32,000 bases of DNA from an uncultured delta proteobacterium (GCA_963708295.1 CAVPSJ010000008.1:90661-122660), one strand, 5' to 3'; shown: positions 23,566 to 32,000, counted from the stretch's first letter. A program made the numbers and translations. The notes: generated by a model not told the origin, from the sequence alone.

Positions 23566-24882
23566 TCAGGTGGCAACTTCCTTAATGATTTCTACCAGCA
23601 TCTTCGTTCCGAACCTCAGATTCTCTAAAGCGATCCGTTCGTCGTTGCCGTGGATGATCATCATTTCTTTCTCCGTTACCCGGAAGGGACAAAAATCATA
23701 GGTGATGATTCCTCTTTCCCTGAGCAGGCGGCTGTCCGTGGCTCCGGCAAGAAGATGAGGCACAACCGGACAGCCTGGGTCGGTCTTTGCGGCAAATCTT
23801 TGAATAGCCCGGAAGAGATCCGTATCGAAGGGCGAGGGAGGAAGAGAATGACTCTCCGAGATCACCTCCACCTCAATTTCGTCTCCCAATCTCTTCTTAA
23901 TCTCTTTCAGGAAATCTTCTTTTGACGACCCCGGGATGAGGCGGCAATCGAGGGCCCCAGTGGATTCCGAAGGGATGACATTGACTTTGCTCCCGCCCTG
24001 AAGGATCGTGAGTGAAATCGTATTCCGTATCATGGCATTGTAGATCGGGTTAGAAGTTAGCCGTTTGGCAAAGGCAGTGTCCCTGAGGCCTTTCTCAATG
24101 TCCTCAAAAAATGGTTTTTGGTCAGGGGGCTGTTTCGGGGCCATCTTTGAAAAATATTCCTTCACCATGGGAAGAAGGTTGTAAGGGGTTTCCCATTTTG
24201 TAACCCTGCCCAGGGCCTGGACAAGTTTCACATTGGGATTATCCGGCCGGGGCATTGAGCCATGGCCGGAGATTCCCCTGGTCTTCAACTGGAGCTGGAA
24301 AAGGACCTTCTGTCCGCTGGAGATTTCGTATCGATCCGCGCCACCCTGCTCGTTGAGAACGACATATCCTCCTTCGTTAAGGGCGTATTCGGCTTCTTTT
24401 AAGGAGGGAATGTTCTCAATGGCCCACTCGACCCCCCAATTCCCTCCGGTCTCCTCGTCTGCCGTAGCAAAAAAGAGGATGTCTCTCTCCAAAGGAACTT
24501 TCTCCCGTTTCAGAATCAGGAGGGCCATCATCTCTACGATGCCCATGGATTTATCGTCGAGGGCCCCGCGGCCATAAAGATATCCGTCCCGGATAACCCC
24601 TGCAAAAGGATCGACTGACCATCGCTCCTTTTCAACAGGAACAACGTCCATATGGCTGAGAAGAAGGATGGGTTTTTTCTTCCCATTTCCCTTCAGGGTA
24701 GCCAGGAGATTGCCACGGCCCGGAGATGGTTCAAAGATCTGGCAGGGAATCGTTTCCGCATCGAGGATTTTCTTGAAAAATTTTACTCCCTCGATTTCAT
24801 TTCCGGGAGGGTTAACTGTATCGATCCGAAGATATTCCTGAAGATGATGGATTCCTTCATCTAATAAGTGATCCCAGTCCAT
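23566..24882 (-). CDS. M20 family metallopeptidase (ArgE/DapE/ACY1/CPG2-like)
   Basis: ATG 24882 lies 8 nt after GAAAGGA; the track ORF extends to 24948. Metal-ligand contexts LLLSHMDVVP, GRGALDDKS and ATADEETGG are present. Confidence 0.85.
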   Translation of the reverse strand: MDWDHLLDEGIHHLQEYLRIDTVNPPGNEIEGVKFFKKILDAETIPCQIFEPSPGRGNLLATLKGNGKKKPILLLSHMDVVPVEKERWSVDPFAGVIRDGYLYGRGALDDKSMGIVEMMALLILKREKVPLERDILFFATADEETGGNWGVEWAIENIPSLKEAEYALNEGGYVVLNEQGGADRYEISSGQKVLFQLQLKTRGISGHGSMPRPDNPNVKLVQALGRVTKWETPYNLLPMVKEYFSKMAPKQPPDQKPFFEDIEKGLRDTAFAKRLTSNPIYNAMIRNTISLTILQGGSKVNVIPSESTGALDCRLIPGSSKEDFLKEIKKRLGDEIEVEVISESHSLPPSPFDTDLFRAIQRFAAKTDPGCPVVPHLLAGATDSRLLRERGIITYDFCPFRVTEKEMMIIHGNDERIALENLRFGTKMLVEIIKEVAT

Positions 24883-24898
24883 ATTAAGCATCCTTTCA

Positions 24899-25001
24899 GA
24901 AGGCAGTAGGCACAAAGCAGAAGGCAGAACGCGGTAGGCACAAGTCAAACTAATAAAATCGTTTTGTTGTGTCTGTATAGTGCGTACTGCTTACTTCCTT
25001 C
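24899..25001. repeat. Imperfect palindrome of GCAGTAGGCA-type k-mers (locus L4)
   Basis: GCAGTAGGCAC (24903-24913) pairs with GTGCGTACTGC (24981-24991) at 10 of 11 positions. The left arm is GAAGGCAGTAGGCACAAAGCAGAAGGCAGAACGCGGTAGGCACAAG. The right arm is TTGTGTCTGTATAGTGCGTACTGCTTACTTCCTTC. Confidence 0.55.
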
Positions 25002-25010
25002 GGCTTCGCA

Positions 25011-26729
25011 TCAATCTTCCCCGAACAAAGGAACAAATTTAAACTGGTTGACATCGACCAGGCCCTTATCGGTCAGTTTCAATTCCGGAATGACCGGGAG
25101 CGATAAGAAGGAGAGGGTCATAAAAGGGTCGGGGATTTTACAGCCCAAGTTTTTTGCTGCACGTTGGACAGCTTCTAGCTGGGTGTTGACCTCGGCAACG
25201 GAGGCTTCTGACATCAGCCCCGCGATGGGCAAGGGGAGAGAAGCCAACACTTTTCCATCCGAGACAGCCGCCAACCCGCCCTTCATGGTTTGAAGGACTT
25301 CTACGGCTTTCAACATATCCGCATCGTTCGTTCCTACCAGCACGATGTTATGGGAGTCGTGAGCCACTGACGAGCCAATGGCTCCCTTCTTTAAGCCAAA
25401 ACCTTGAACAAAACCAATTCCGATATTCCCTGTGGCCTTGTGCCGCTCCACCACGGCGATCTTTAGGATGTCCTCTTTGACATTGGGATGGGCGACGCCG
25501 TCTTTCAAAGGAACCCTCTGCATTGCTTTTTTTGTAACGATTTGTTCCGGTATCAGCTGGATAACCTTGACAAGAGACTGGACACTTCGGAGTAAAAGGG
25601 CATCCTTTTTGAAAGGCTTCACTCGAAAAGACCCTAAATGTTTGGGACCCTTTTTCCGTTGGATAGGGCGGGAGAGCATGTTTCCGTTTTCCGCCACCAA
25701 TTTTCCATCCTTGAAGACTCTCTTTATTTGAAATCGTCCAAGATGATCGAAACTGATGATATCGGCCCGGTAACCCGGAGCAATCGCGCCGAGATCATCC
25801 AGCCTGAAATATTCGGCGGCATTCAGTGTTGCCATTTGGATCGCAAGGATGGGGTCGAGTCCCCATCGAACGGCCTGTCTGACCATGGAATCAATATGGC
25901 CCTCTTCGAGAAGCTCTTTGGGATGGCGATCGTCCGTCACAAAGAAGAAGCGTCTCGAATTCTTGGGGTGGACGAGGGGGATGAGACTTCTGAGATTTCT
26001 TGCCGTCGTTCCCTCTCTGATCATAATCCGCATCCCGTTTTTTAATTTCTCCTTGGCCTCTTTCGGAGTGGTGCATTCATGGTCGGATCGAATTCCTGCC
26101 GTGAGATAAGCATAAAGCTCCTTTCCCGAGAGTAGGGGGGCATGGCCGTCGATTCGCTTTCCCTCGGCCATGTCGATCTTCCTGAGGACTTCCGGATCCC
26201 TGAAAATGACGCCCGGGAAGTTCATCATTTCTGCCAATCCAATGGCCCAGGGTTCTTTGAGCAGGGGTTTCAAATCCGCTGCCTGGAGCGTGGCCCCGGA
26301 TGTTTCCATATGAGTCGCAGGCACGCAGGATGGAACCATGATGAAGACATTCAAAGGGATCCCTTTTGCCGACTCTGCCATGAAGTGAATACCCTCCCGG
26401 CCCAGGACATTGGCGATTTCATGGGGGTCGATGACGACACTGGTCGTTCCATTCGGAAGGACAGATCGGGCGAACTCCGGGATGGTCACCATGCTCGATT
26501 CAATGTGGACATGGCCGTCGATTAAACCAGGGCAGAGGAAGTCGCCTTTCACATCGATGATCTCTCTGGCTCGATAATCCCCGAAACCGACGATCACCCC
26601 CCCGAAGACGGCCACATCTCTCTTTTCAATCTCACCCGAGAAGACATCTACCACCCTTCCGTTCTTGATCAGGAGATCAGCCATCCCATCTCCCGAGGCG
26701 ACCCGGATTTTTGCTTTTAGCGATGCCAT
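25011..26729 (-). CDS. ade: Adenine deaminase
   Basis: LIKNGRVVDVFSGEI...GLIDGHVHIESSMV...VIDPHEIANV... is an amidohydrolase-fold adenine deaminase over the full length. The start is taken as ATG 26729, after AAGGAGG; alternatives are 26759 and 26789. Confidence 0.85.
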   Translation of the reverse strand: MASLKAKIRVASGDGMADLLIKNGRVVDVFSGEIEKRDVAVFGGVIVGFGDYRAREIIDVKGDFLCPGLIDGHVHIESSMVTIPEFARSVLPNGTTSVVIDPHEIANVLGREGIHFMAESAKGIPLNVFIMVPSCVPATHMETSGATLQAADLKPLLKEPWAIGLAEMMNFPGVIFRDPEVLRKIDMAEGKRIDGHAPLLSGKELYAYLTAGIRSDHECTTPKEAKEKLKNGMRIMIREGTTARNLRSLIPLVHPKNSRRFFFVTDDRHPKELLEEGHIDSMVRQAVRWGLDPILAIQMATLNAAEYFRLDDLGAIAPGYRADIISFDHLGRFQIKRVFKDGKLVAENGNMLSRPIQRKKGPKHLGSFRVKPFKKDALLLRSVQSLVKVIQLIPEQIVTKKAMQRVPLKDGVAHPNVKEDILKIAVVERHKATGNIGIGFVQGFGLKKGAIGSSVAHDSHNIVLVGTNDADMLKAVEVLQTMKGGLAAVSDGKVLASLPLPIAGLMSEASVAEVNTQLEAVQRAAKNLGCKIPDPFMTLSFLSLPVIPELKLTDKGLVDVNQFKFVPLFGED

Positions 26730-26806
26730 TTCGTACTCATTCCTCCTTACCCATTTCATAGCAAATCTTTTATCTTCGATCAAGTCCATTCAGAAATTGG
26801 CGGGCT

Positions 26807-27002
26807 GCTGAAAAACGCTCATCTGCGGCGTCGCCCTCATCTTTCGTCGTTGCAGCGTACATCCAAGTACGCCTCTCGCCGACTCACCAACCCGCCGGCG
26901 TGGCAAGAAGTCACTCCTTATTCGTCGTGACGTCACTCTCAGGATTTCGGGCTCCTTGTATCTGGGCATCTTTGAACAACCTGACAAAGATTACTTTTCA
27001 GC
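26807..27002 (+). repeat. MITE-like intergenic element, copy 2 (196 nt, with a ~56-nt internal insertion)
   Basis: GCTGAAAAA (26807-26815) ... TTTTCAGC (26995-27002), collinear with 10360-10499. The extra block tcgccgactcaccaacccgccggcgtggcaagaagtcactccttattcgtcgtgacgtcac follows AAGTACGCCTC. Confidence 0.8.
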
Positions 27003-27134
27003 AAGCTGCTAGAGGCTCCCTGTCGCTGACACTGTACCGCAATCATGATGAGGAATAGATACAGACGGGATCCCCTCCGACGCCTGCGCGGAACAAAGAA
27101 CGAGCGGATGCTCATTGAAGCGAAGTGATCATCG

Positions 27135-27164
27135 TTGACAGACACGTTTTATGTAAGGTATGGT
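27135..27164 (+). promoter_or_regulatory. Possible promoter of the HAD hydrolase/ridA pair
   Basis: TTGACA (27135-27140), an 18-nt spacer, then TATGGT (27159-27164). Confidence 0.3.
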
Positions 27165-27216
27165 TGTTTAACCACACGTCGCGTTAGTTCGAATTGCGAC
27201 GATCTGTCACGTAATT

Positions 27217-27882
27217 ATGCCTCCACTTCACGCGATCAAAGCTGTCGTCTTCGATTTCGACGGGACTCTCGTCGTCCTCAATATCGATTTCTCTTCGATG
27301 AAGGAGCGGGTCTTCGATTTGATGAGCCGCTATGGGATTAATAATGAGATCATTCAGGAAAAGTATGTGCTGGAGATTATTGACGAGGTTTATGAAATGT
27401 TGTGGAGGAAAAGTCCTTCAGGGGCGGAGACATTCTACCAGCAGTCCCACGATATCTTGCATGAAATAGAAATGAGGGCTGCAGAAAAAGGGAGACTGAT
27501 TCCGGAAGTGGTGGAAACATTAAAAGGGTTAAGAGAGAAGGGGGTCAAGGTAGGGATTGTTACACGGAACTGTGAGGAGGCCGTGCGGAAGATTTTCCCT
27601 AACATTAACGACTTTTGTGATGTTCTCGTTTCGAGAAACTCAGTCAAGAAGGTCAAACCCCATCCGGATCATTTGACGCATGTGATGAAGTCGTTGAAGA
27701 TTTCAGGTGAAGAGGCGGTAATGGTTGGAGACCATAGGATTGATATCGAGGCAGGGAAGAGGGTGGGCATGAGGACCGTTGGGGTATTGACCGGGAGGAC
27801 GAAGCAGGAAGAGTTTGAGAAGGAAGGGGCGGACTATGTTTTGAGAGATGCCTCAGAGATCTATAAGTTAATGGAGGGTTGA
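27217..27882 (+). CDS. HAD-superfamily hydrolase (phosphoglycolate-phosphatase-like)
   Basis: Motif [10 protein letters not shown], motif II IVTRN, motif III K (KKVKPHPD), motif [14 protein letters not shown]. There is no obvious SD before ATG 27217. Confidence 0.8.
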   Translation: MPPLHAIKAVVFDFDGTLVVLNIDFSSMKERVFDLMSRYGINNEIIQEKYVLEIIDEVYEMLWRKSPSGAETFYQQSHDILHEIEMRAAEKGRLIPEVVETLKGLREKGVKVGIVTRNCEEAVRKIFPNINDFCDVLVSRNSVKKVKPHPDHLTHVMKSLKISGEEAVMVGDHRIDIEAGKRVGMRTVGVLTGRTKQEEFEKEGADYVLRDASEIYKLMEG

Positions 27883-27886
27883 AAAC

Positions 27887-28264
27887 ATGAAAAAGGTGAT
27901 CCAAACGGATAGGGCTCCCAAAGCCATTGGTCCCTACTCCCAGGCCATTCAAGCAGGAAATTTTGTATTTCTCTCCGGGCAGATACCTCTGGATGCAAGA
28001 ACAGGGGAATTGGTGATGGGAGATATTCGACGACAGACTCAGCAGGTCTTGGAAAATATAAAAGGGATACTGGAATCTCAAAAGCTAGGAATGGAAAACG
28101 TGGTCAAAACGACTATTTTCTTAAAAGAAATCGGGAATTTTAATCAAGTGAATGAGGTCTACAGTACTTTTTTTCCATCCTCCCCGCCTGCAAGGTCAAC
28201 CGTTGAAGTGGCGAGACTGCCAAAGGACGTTGAGATTGAGATCGAAGCCATTGCTCTTATTTAA
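27887..28264 (+). CDS. ridA: RidA/YjgF-family reactive enamine/imine deaminase
   Basis: [27 protein letters not shown]...VKTTIFL...[22 protein letters not shown]. Confidence 0.9.
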   Translation: MKKVIQTDRAPKAIGPYSQAIQAGNFVFLSGQIPLDARTGELVMGDIRRQTQQVLENIKGILESQKLGMENVVKTTIFLKEIGNFNQVNEVYSTFFPSSPPARSTVEVARLPKDVEIEIEAIALI

Positions 28265-28743
28265 TTCCCGCCGCCCTGCCACGTCGCCGTCTTTTTTTCA
28301 CCGTCCGGAGGGTTCACTTGAATATCGAAAGTCATGGATTCAGGGATCTTTTCCGGAAGAGAAAAACCAAAAGTCACTATCCGGCCGGCGCGAGGGGGCA
28401 AAGGGACGGAAATCATCGTCTCCTGCTGGCCTGGGGAAAATTCAGTCCCGGAAACTCCTTCTGGGTATTTTATCTCTTTTGGAACCCAAACCAATTTGAT
28501 CGAGTTGGGGGGAGCCGTTGCCTGCCGACTCTTGTTATAGATTTCGATGTTGATTTCTAATATTTTAACAGGAGACGGCGTGGATGGAACTTCTCTTACC
28601 TGGAACCGTATTTCTCTCAATCTGATATCCGGACCGCTCTCTTCTACAGCCTTGATCTGGGAGAAGCCTGCCCCCGTGACCAGGCATTGAAAAAAAAAGA
28701 GAGCAGAAGAGTAAACGATGGCTTTCCTGATCCATTTGCACAT
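28261..28743 (-). CDS. Secreted hypothetical protein (160 aa)
   Basis: ATG 28743 gives [28 protein letters not shown] (signal peptide). No recognisable family. Its stop codon overlaps the ridA stop (TTAA at 28261-28264). Confidence 0.5.
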   Translation of the reverse strand: MCKWIRKAIVYSSALFFFQCLVTGAGFSQIKAVEESGPDIRLREIRFQVREVPSTPSPVKILEINIEIYNKSRQATAPPNSIKLVWVPKEIKYPEGVSGTEFSPGQQETMISVPLPPRAGRIVTFGFSLPEKIPESMTFDIQVNPPDGEKKTATWQGGGN

Positions 28744-28848
28744 GTTATCACCTATGAAGGTTTGAACCACCCACGAAATAAGAGTCTTTCCTCAAACCAA
28801 TTTACCACATTTAGACTCAAATGGGAAGGTTCTGAAGGATAACGGCGA

Positions 28849-28877
28849 TTGTATAGGTTTCAAAGGCGTATTATAAT
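28849..28877 (+). promoter_or_regulatory. Promoter of der
   Basis: TTGTAT (28849-28854), a 17-nt spacer, then TATAAT (28872-28877). The der ATG (28889) lies only 11 nt after the -10 box and has no SD. Confidence 0.45.
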
Positions 28878-28888
28878 GATAAACTAAT

Positions 28889-30208
28889 ATGAAACCTATC
28901 CTTGCCATTGTCGGAAGACCGAACGTCGGGAAGTCTACCCTTTTTAATCGCATCGCCGGAGGGAAGAAGGCCATCGTTTGGGATGAGCCGGGCGTGACTC
29001 GGGATCGAAATTATGCCGATGTGGAGCGGGATGAGAGTTCGTTCACTTTGATTGACACGGGGGGATTTGAGCCGGTTTCAAAGGATCGGATCTTTATCCA
29101 GATGCGTGAGCAATGCCAGCTGGCCATGGACGAAGCAGATGGGATCCTCTTCATGATGGACGGAAAGGAAGGCCTAACCCCTTCGGATAGGGAGATTGCA
29201 GATATTCTTAGAAAATTGAATAAACCGGTGTTTTACATCGTCAATAAGATTGACGGGCCAAAGCATGAGGAGAAGGCCCTTGAATTCTATGGGTTGGGTA
29301 TGGACCCGATTTATTCGATTTCAGCAGAACATGGATATGGGGTGAATGACTTGATGGATGAGGTCATCAAGGCCCTCCCGGGTTCGACTGAGAAAAAATG
29401 GGATCAAGATATAACGAGGGTGGCCGTATTGGGACGGCCGAATGTTGGAAAATCTTCATTGGTTAACCGATTATTAGGATACAAGAGGGTGCTTGTGGAT
29501 GAGGTTCCGGGCACCACGCGGGATGCCATTGATACCCTTTTTGAAAGGGACGGAAGGAGATACGTTCTCGTTGATACCGCCGGTATCCGGAGGAAGAGCC
29601 GGATTAGCCTGAGGCTGGAAAAGTACAGTATTGTGGAGGCCCTTCGAACCATTGATCGATCGGATGTTGCTCTTCTCTTATTGGATTCAAAAGAAGGTGT
29701 GACCGATCAGGATGCCCGTATCGGGGGGTTCGTCCACGAAAAGGGAAAAGGATGCATTCTCGTCGTGAACAAATGGGATTTGGTTGAAAAGGATTCTCAA
29801 ACCATGGTCCGGTATGAAAGGGAGGTACGCGAGGGCCTCAAGTACCTCTCTTACGCCCCCATGCTTTTTATTTCTTCCTTGACCGGGCAAAGAGTTAAGA
29901 AAGTTCTGGACGCCGTAGACCATGTGTCAGGGCAGACGAAGAAGCGAATTTCGACTTCCCCGCTGAATAATCACTTTAGAAGATGGGTTGAAAAATTTCC
30001 TCCTCCCCTTTATAAAAACCGGAGTGTGAAGATGAACTATATCACTCAGGTTTCGACGGCTCCTCCCACCTTTGTGATCTATACCAATATTCCAGAGGGA
30101 ATTCATTTTTCTTATGAACGTCATCTCCTCAACCAGATGAGAGAAGCCTTCGGTTTCGAAGGCGTTGCGGTTCGGCTCCTGTTTAGAAAGAAAGGGAAGG
30201 AAAAATAG
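28889..30208 (+). CDS. der: Ribosome-biogenesis GTPase Der (EngA), two GTPase domains plus a KH-like domain
   Basis: First domain: GRPNVGKSTLFNR / DTGG / NKID. Second domain: GRPNVGKSSLVNR / DTAG / NKWD. Confidence 0.95.
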   Translation: MKPILAIVGRPNVGKSTLFNRIAGGKKAIVWDEPGVTRDRNYADVERDESSFTLIDTGGFEPVSKDRIFIQMREQCQLAMDEADGILFMMDGKEGLTPSDREIADILRKLNKPVFYIVNKIDGPKHEEKALEFYGLGMDPIYSISAEHGYGVNDLMDEVIKALPGSTEKKWDQDITRVAVLGRPNVGKSSLVNRLLGYKRVLVDEVPGTTRDAIDTLFERDGRRYVLVDTAGIRRKSRISLRLEKYSIVEALRTIDRSDVALLLLDSKEGVTDQDARIGGFVHEKGKGCILVVNKWDLVEKDSQTMVRYEREVREGLKYLSYAPMLFISSLTGQRVKKVLDAVDHVSGQTKKRISTSPLNNHFRRWVEKFPPPLYKNRSVKMNYITQVSTAPPTFVIYTNIPEGIHFSYERHLLNQMREAFGFEGVAVRLLFRKKGKEK

Positions 30209-30209
30209 G

Positions 30210-31545
30210 ATGGCAAACAAAAGGAAGAAATATCTGATAGGCATGGTGATCATCATCCTTATTTTGGCCGGCGGAATCCTTTTGCGTCAATTGAGCGGCC
30301 AGAACGGATCGAATCAGAAATTTCGCTTGGCGAAGGTCGAAAGGGGAGAGGTCAGTCTGGCGGTGACCGCCACCGGGACGATCAATCCGGTCATTAATGT
30401 CTTAGTGGGGAGCCAGGTTTCGGGGACGATCAAAGCCCTCTATGCCGATTTTAATTCCCAAGTCAAGGAAGGGCAGGTGATTGCTCAGATCGACCCGGCC
30501 ATCTTCCAGGCCCAGGTGGAGCAAGGAAGGGCAAATGTCCTGAACGCCCAGGCCAATCTCCTAAACGCCCAGGCCAATCTTGAAAACGCCAAAGCCAACT
30601 TCACAAAAGCAGACGTGGCCGTTTTGGATGCAGAGAGAACCCTGGACCGGAACCGGATGCTCGTAGAAAAAAACGTCATCGCTCAGGCAACGATGGATAC
30701 TGCCCAGACGAATTATGATACAGCGGTGGCCCAGAAGGATGTGGCCAAAGCCCAGGTGGAATCGGCCAAGTCACAGATCGAATCCTTCAAGGCTCAGGTG
30801 GAACAGACAAAGGCCGCTTTAAGAGTGGCAGAGACCAATTTAAGATATGCGACGATTCGGTCTCCGGTCAATGGGACGGTCATTTCGAGGAATGTCGATG
30901 TCGGTCAAACCGTCGCAGCCAGTCTCCAGGCTCCCACTCTTTTTACCATTGCCAAAAACCTGGCCGAGATGCAGGTTGACTCTAACGTGAGTGAGGCAGA
31001 TGTCGGCCGAATTGCCGTGGGGCAGGATGCGACCTTTACCGTGGATGCATACCCCGAGAGGATTTTTCGCGGAAAAGTCTCAGAGATTCGCAATGCTCCT
31101 ATCATCGTTCAGAATGTGGTTACGTATGATGTCGTGGTTCTGGTGAGTAATAAGGACTTGAAGTTAAAACCGGGGATGACCGCCAACGTTTCCGTTATGA
31201 TTGCCCATCGAGAGGGGGTACTAAAGATACCCAACGCTGCACTCAGGTTTCGACCCGAGTCCGCAACGAAGGAAAGTGGAAAGGGTGGCCCGCCGCAGAA
31301 AACGGGTGAGCGGGTGAAAACCGGGAGAAGGGGATCAGGGAAGACCGGGGAGGGTGTGGGTCCTGTCCGCCGAGGGGAAACTGACCCCGGTCTCCATTAC
31401 CGTCGGAATTACCGACGGTACTTCAAGTGAGGTGATTGGAGGGAATCTGCAGGAGGGTGGAGAGGTGATTGTTGAAGGGAACTCGAACAAGAAAGGTCAG
31501 AGCCAAAGTGGCAGTGTTCCTTTCATGCCCAGAATGCGAAAATAA
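30210..31545 (+). CDS. HlyD/MacA-like periplasmic adaptor of a tripartite efflux pump; apparent +1 shift between 31318 and 31353
   Basis: ATG 30210 overlaps the der stop. It has a TM anchor, a coiled-coil hairpin and ...VLKIPNAALRFRP. The C-terminal beta-domain RVWVLSAEGKLTPVSITVGITDGTSSEVIGGNLQEGGEVIV is in the next frame (track ORF 31354..31545). Confidence 0.8.
30540..30602 (+). repeat. 21-bp tandem repeat (3 units) inside the adaptor coiled-coil
   Basis: CTGAACGCCCAGGCCAATCTC / CTAAACGCCCAGGCCAATCTT / GAAAACGCCAAAGCCAACTTC. These encode LNAQANL-LNAQANL-ENAKANF. Units 1 and 2 match at 19 of 21 nt. Confidence 0.8.
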
Positions 31546-31600
31546 GAATAGCACATGGCGCAGAGAGCATAGCGCATAGGGGACGGGGATATTGAGCAGC

Positions 31601-31730
31601 ACCAAATCCAAAATACCAATGACCGAAATCCAAAATTCTAAACAACCGTTTTGGGTGCGTTGGAAATTGGAGTTTGAAATTTTTACGGGATTTGCATTTG
31701 GAACTCGGAAATTTGGGCCTTAGGGTCTTT
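31601..31730. repeat. Imperfect palindrome / k-mer element related to 1599-1727 (locus L5)
   Basis: It shares CCAATGACC(GAAATCC)AAAATTCTAAAC and TTGGAAATTGGAGTTTGAAATTT with L1, in the same orientation. The arms are made of CCAAAT / ATTTGG units. Confidence 0.65.
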
Positions 31731-31745
31731 GCGGTTTAGGAGAAT

Positions 31746-32000
31746 ATGGATTCAGTCATTCAAGTTCAGGATCTGGTAAAGGTCTATGACTTAGGAGAGG
31801 TGGAGGTGACTGCCCTTCGAGGAGTTTCCCTTCCGGTCGATCGCGGTGAATTCGTGGCCATCATGGGGGCCTCGGGCTCCGGAAAATCGACCTTTATGAA
31901 TATCTTAGGCTTTTTGGATCGACCCACGAGCGGTCAATATCTTTTGGAAGGTATCAACGGTGAAAATCTTTCGAGAGATGAACTGGCAGACATCCGGAAT
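31746..32000 (+). CDS. MacB/LolD-type ABC transporter ATP-binding domain, 5' part (continues beyond the window)
   Basis: ATG 31746 follows AGGAGAAT. MDSVIQVQDLVKVYDLGEVEVTALRGVSLPVDRGEFVAIMGASGSGKSTFMNILGFLDRPTSGQYLL contains Walker A. The frame is open to base 32000; it is not in the ORF track because there is no stop. Confidence 0.85.
   Translation, partial: MDSVIQVQDLVKVYDLGEVEVTALRGVSLPVDRGEFVAIMGASGSGKSTFMNILGFLDRPTSGQYLLEGINGENLSRDELADIRN

Noticed and set aside
26790-26987. Minus-strand 65-aa ORF between ade and the HAD gene
   Set aside because: It lies entirely inside MITE-like copy 2. The corresponding frame is not conserved in copy 1 because of the 56-nt indel.
27170-27205. tRNA-like TTCGAAT loop (GTCGCGTTAGTTCGAATTGCGAC)
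   Set aside because: The stem closes a 13-nt loop rather than a 7-nt T-loop. No acceptor, D or anticodon arms can be drawn. It is probably a 5'-leader hairpin of the HAD gene.

Overview
32-kb bacterial window of moderate G+C: hand counts of 60-nt lines outside the island give 26/60 and 27/60. Ribosome-binding sites are strong and AGGAGG-like. Lineage cannot be set from the sequence alone. Everything below is by-eye translation and motif reading; no database search was run.

Layout:
- 1-4.5 kb: EF-G paralogue 3' end, birA-coaX, a DapA-family lyase and a class II aldolase.
- 4.6-8.9 kb: a clearly G+C-richer block (39/60 and 43/60 in sampled lines) carrying tctC-tctA-tctB and a 4,5-dihydroxyphthalate-decarboxylase-like gene. 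All are broken by frameshifts.
- 9-14.1 kb: M24 peptidase, D-2-hydroxyacid dehydrogenase, a stand-alone LeuA-regulatory-domain protein, a tiny Cys-motif protein and cstA.
- 14.3-16.8 kb: a 90-aa protein followed by two tandem half-size ArsA/Get3-family ATPases, with no arsenic genes nearby. This is my best candidate for an undescribed system.
- 16.8-23.6 kb: an A+T-richer accessory block. It holds a membrane protein of unknown function, two radical-SAM enzymes, a solo IS200-type tnpA, a mini dihaem cytochrome, a secreted DJ-1/PfpI-like protein lacking the catalytic Cys, an orphan Phd antitoxin and a vapBC cassette. The cassette is bracketed by a duplicated 3' end of the neighbouring M20 peptidase gene.
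- 23.6-32 kb: M20 peptidase, adenine deaminase, HAD phosphatase, ridA, a secreted hypothetical, der, and a MacA/MacB-like efflux pair.

Two non-coding repeat classes recur. One is a MITE-like element with GCTGAAAAA/TTTTTCAGC termini (2 copies). The other is a family of long imperfect palindromes built from short k-mers, sitting just after stop codons at six loci.

At least eleven apparent 1-nt frameshifts are visible, several in homopolymers and most of them inside the G+C-rich block. Sequencing error and real decay cannot be told apart here. No rRNA, tRNA or CRISPR array was seen.
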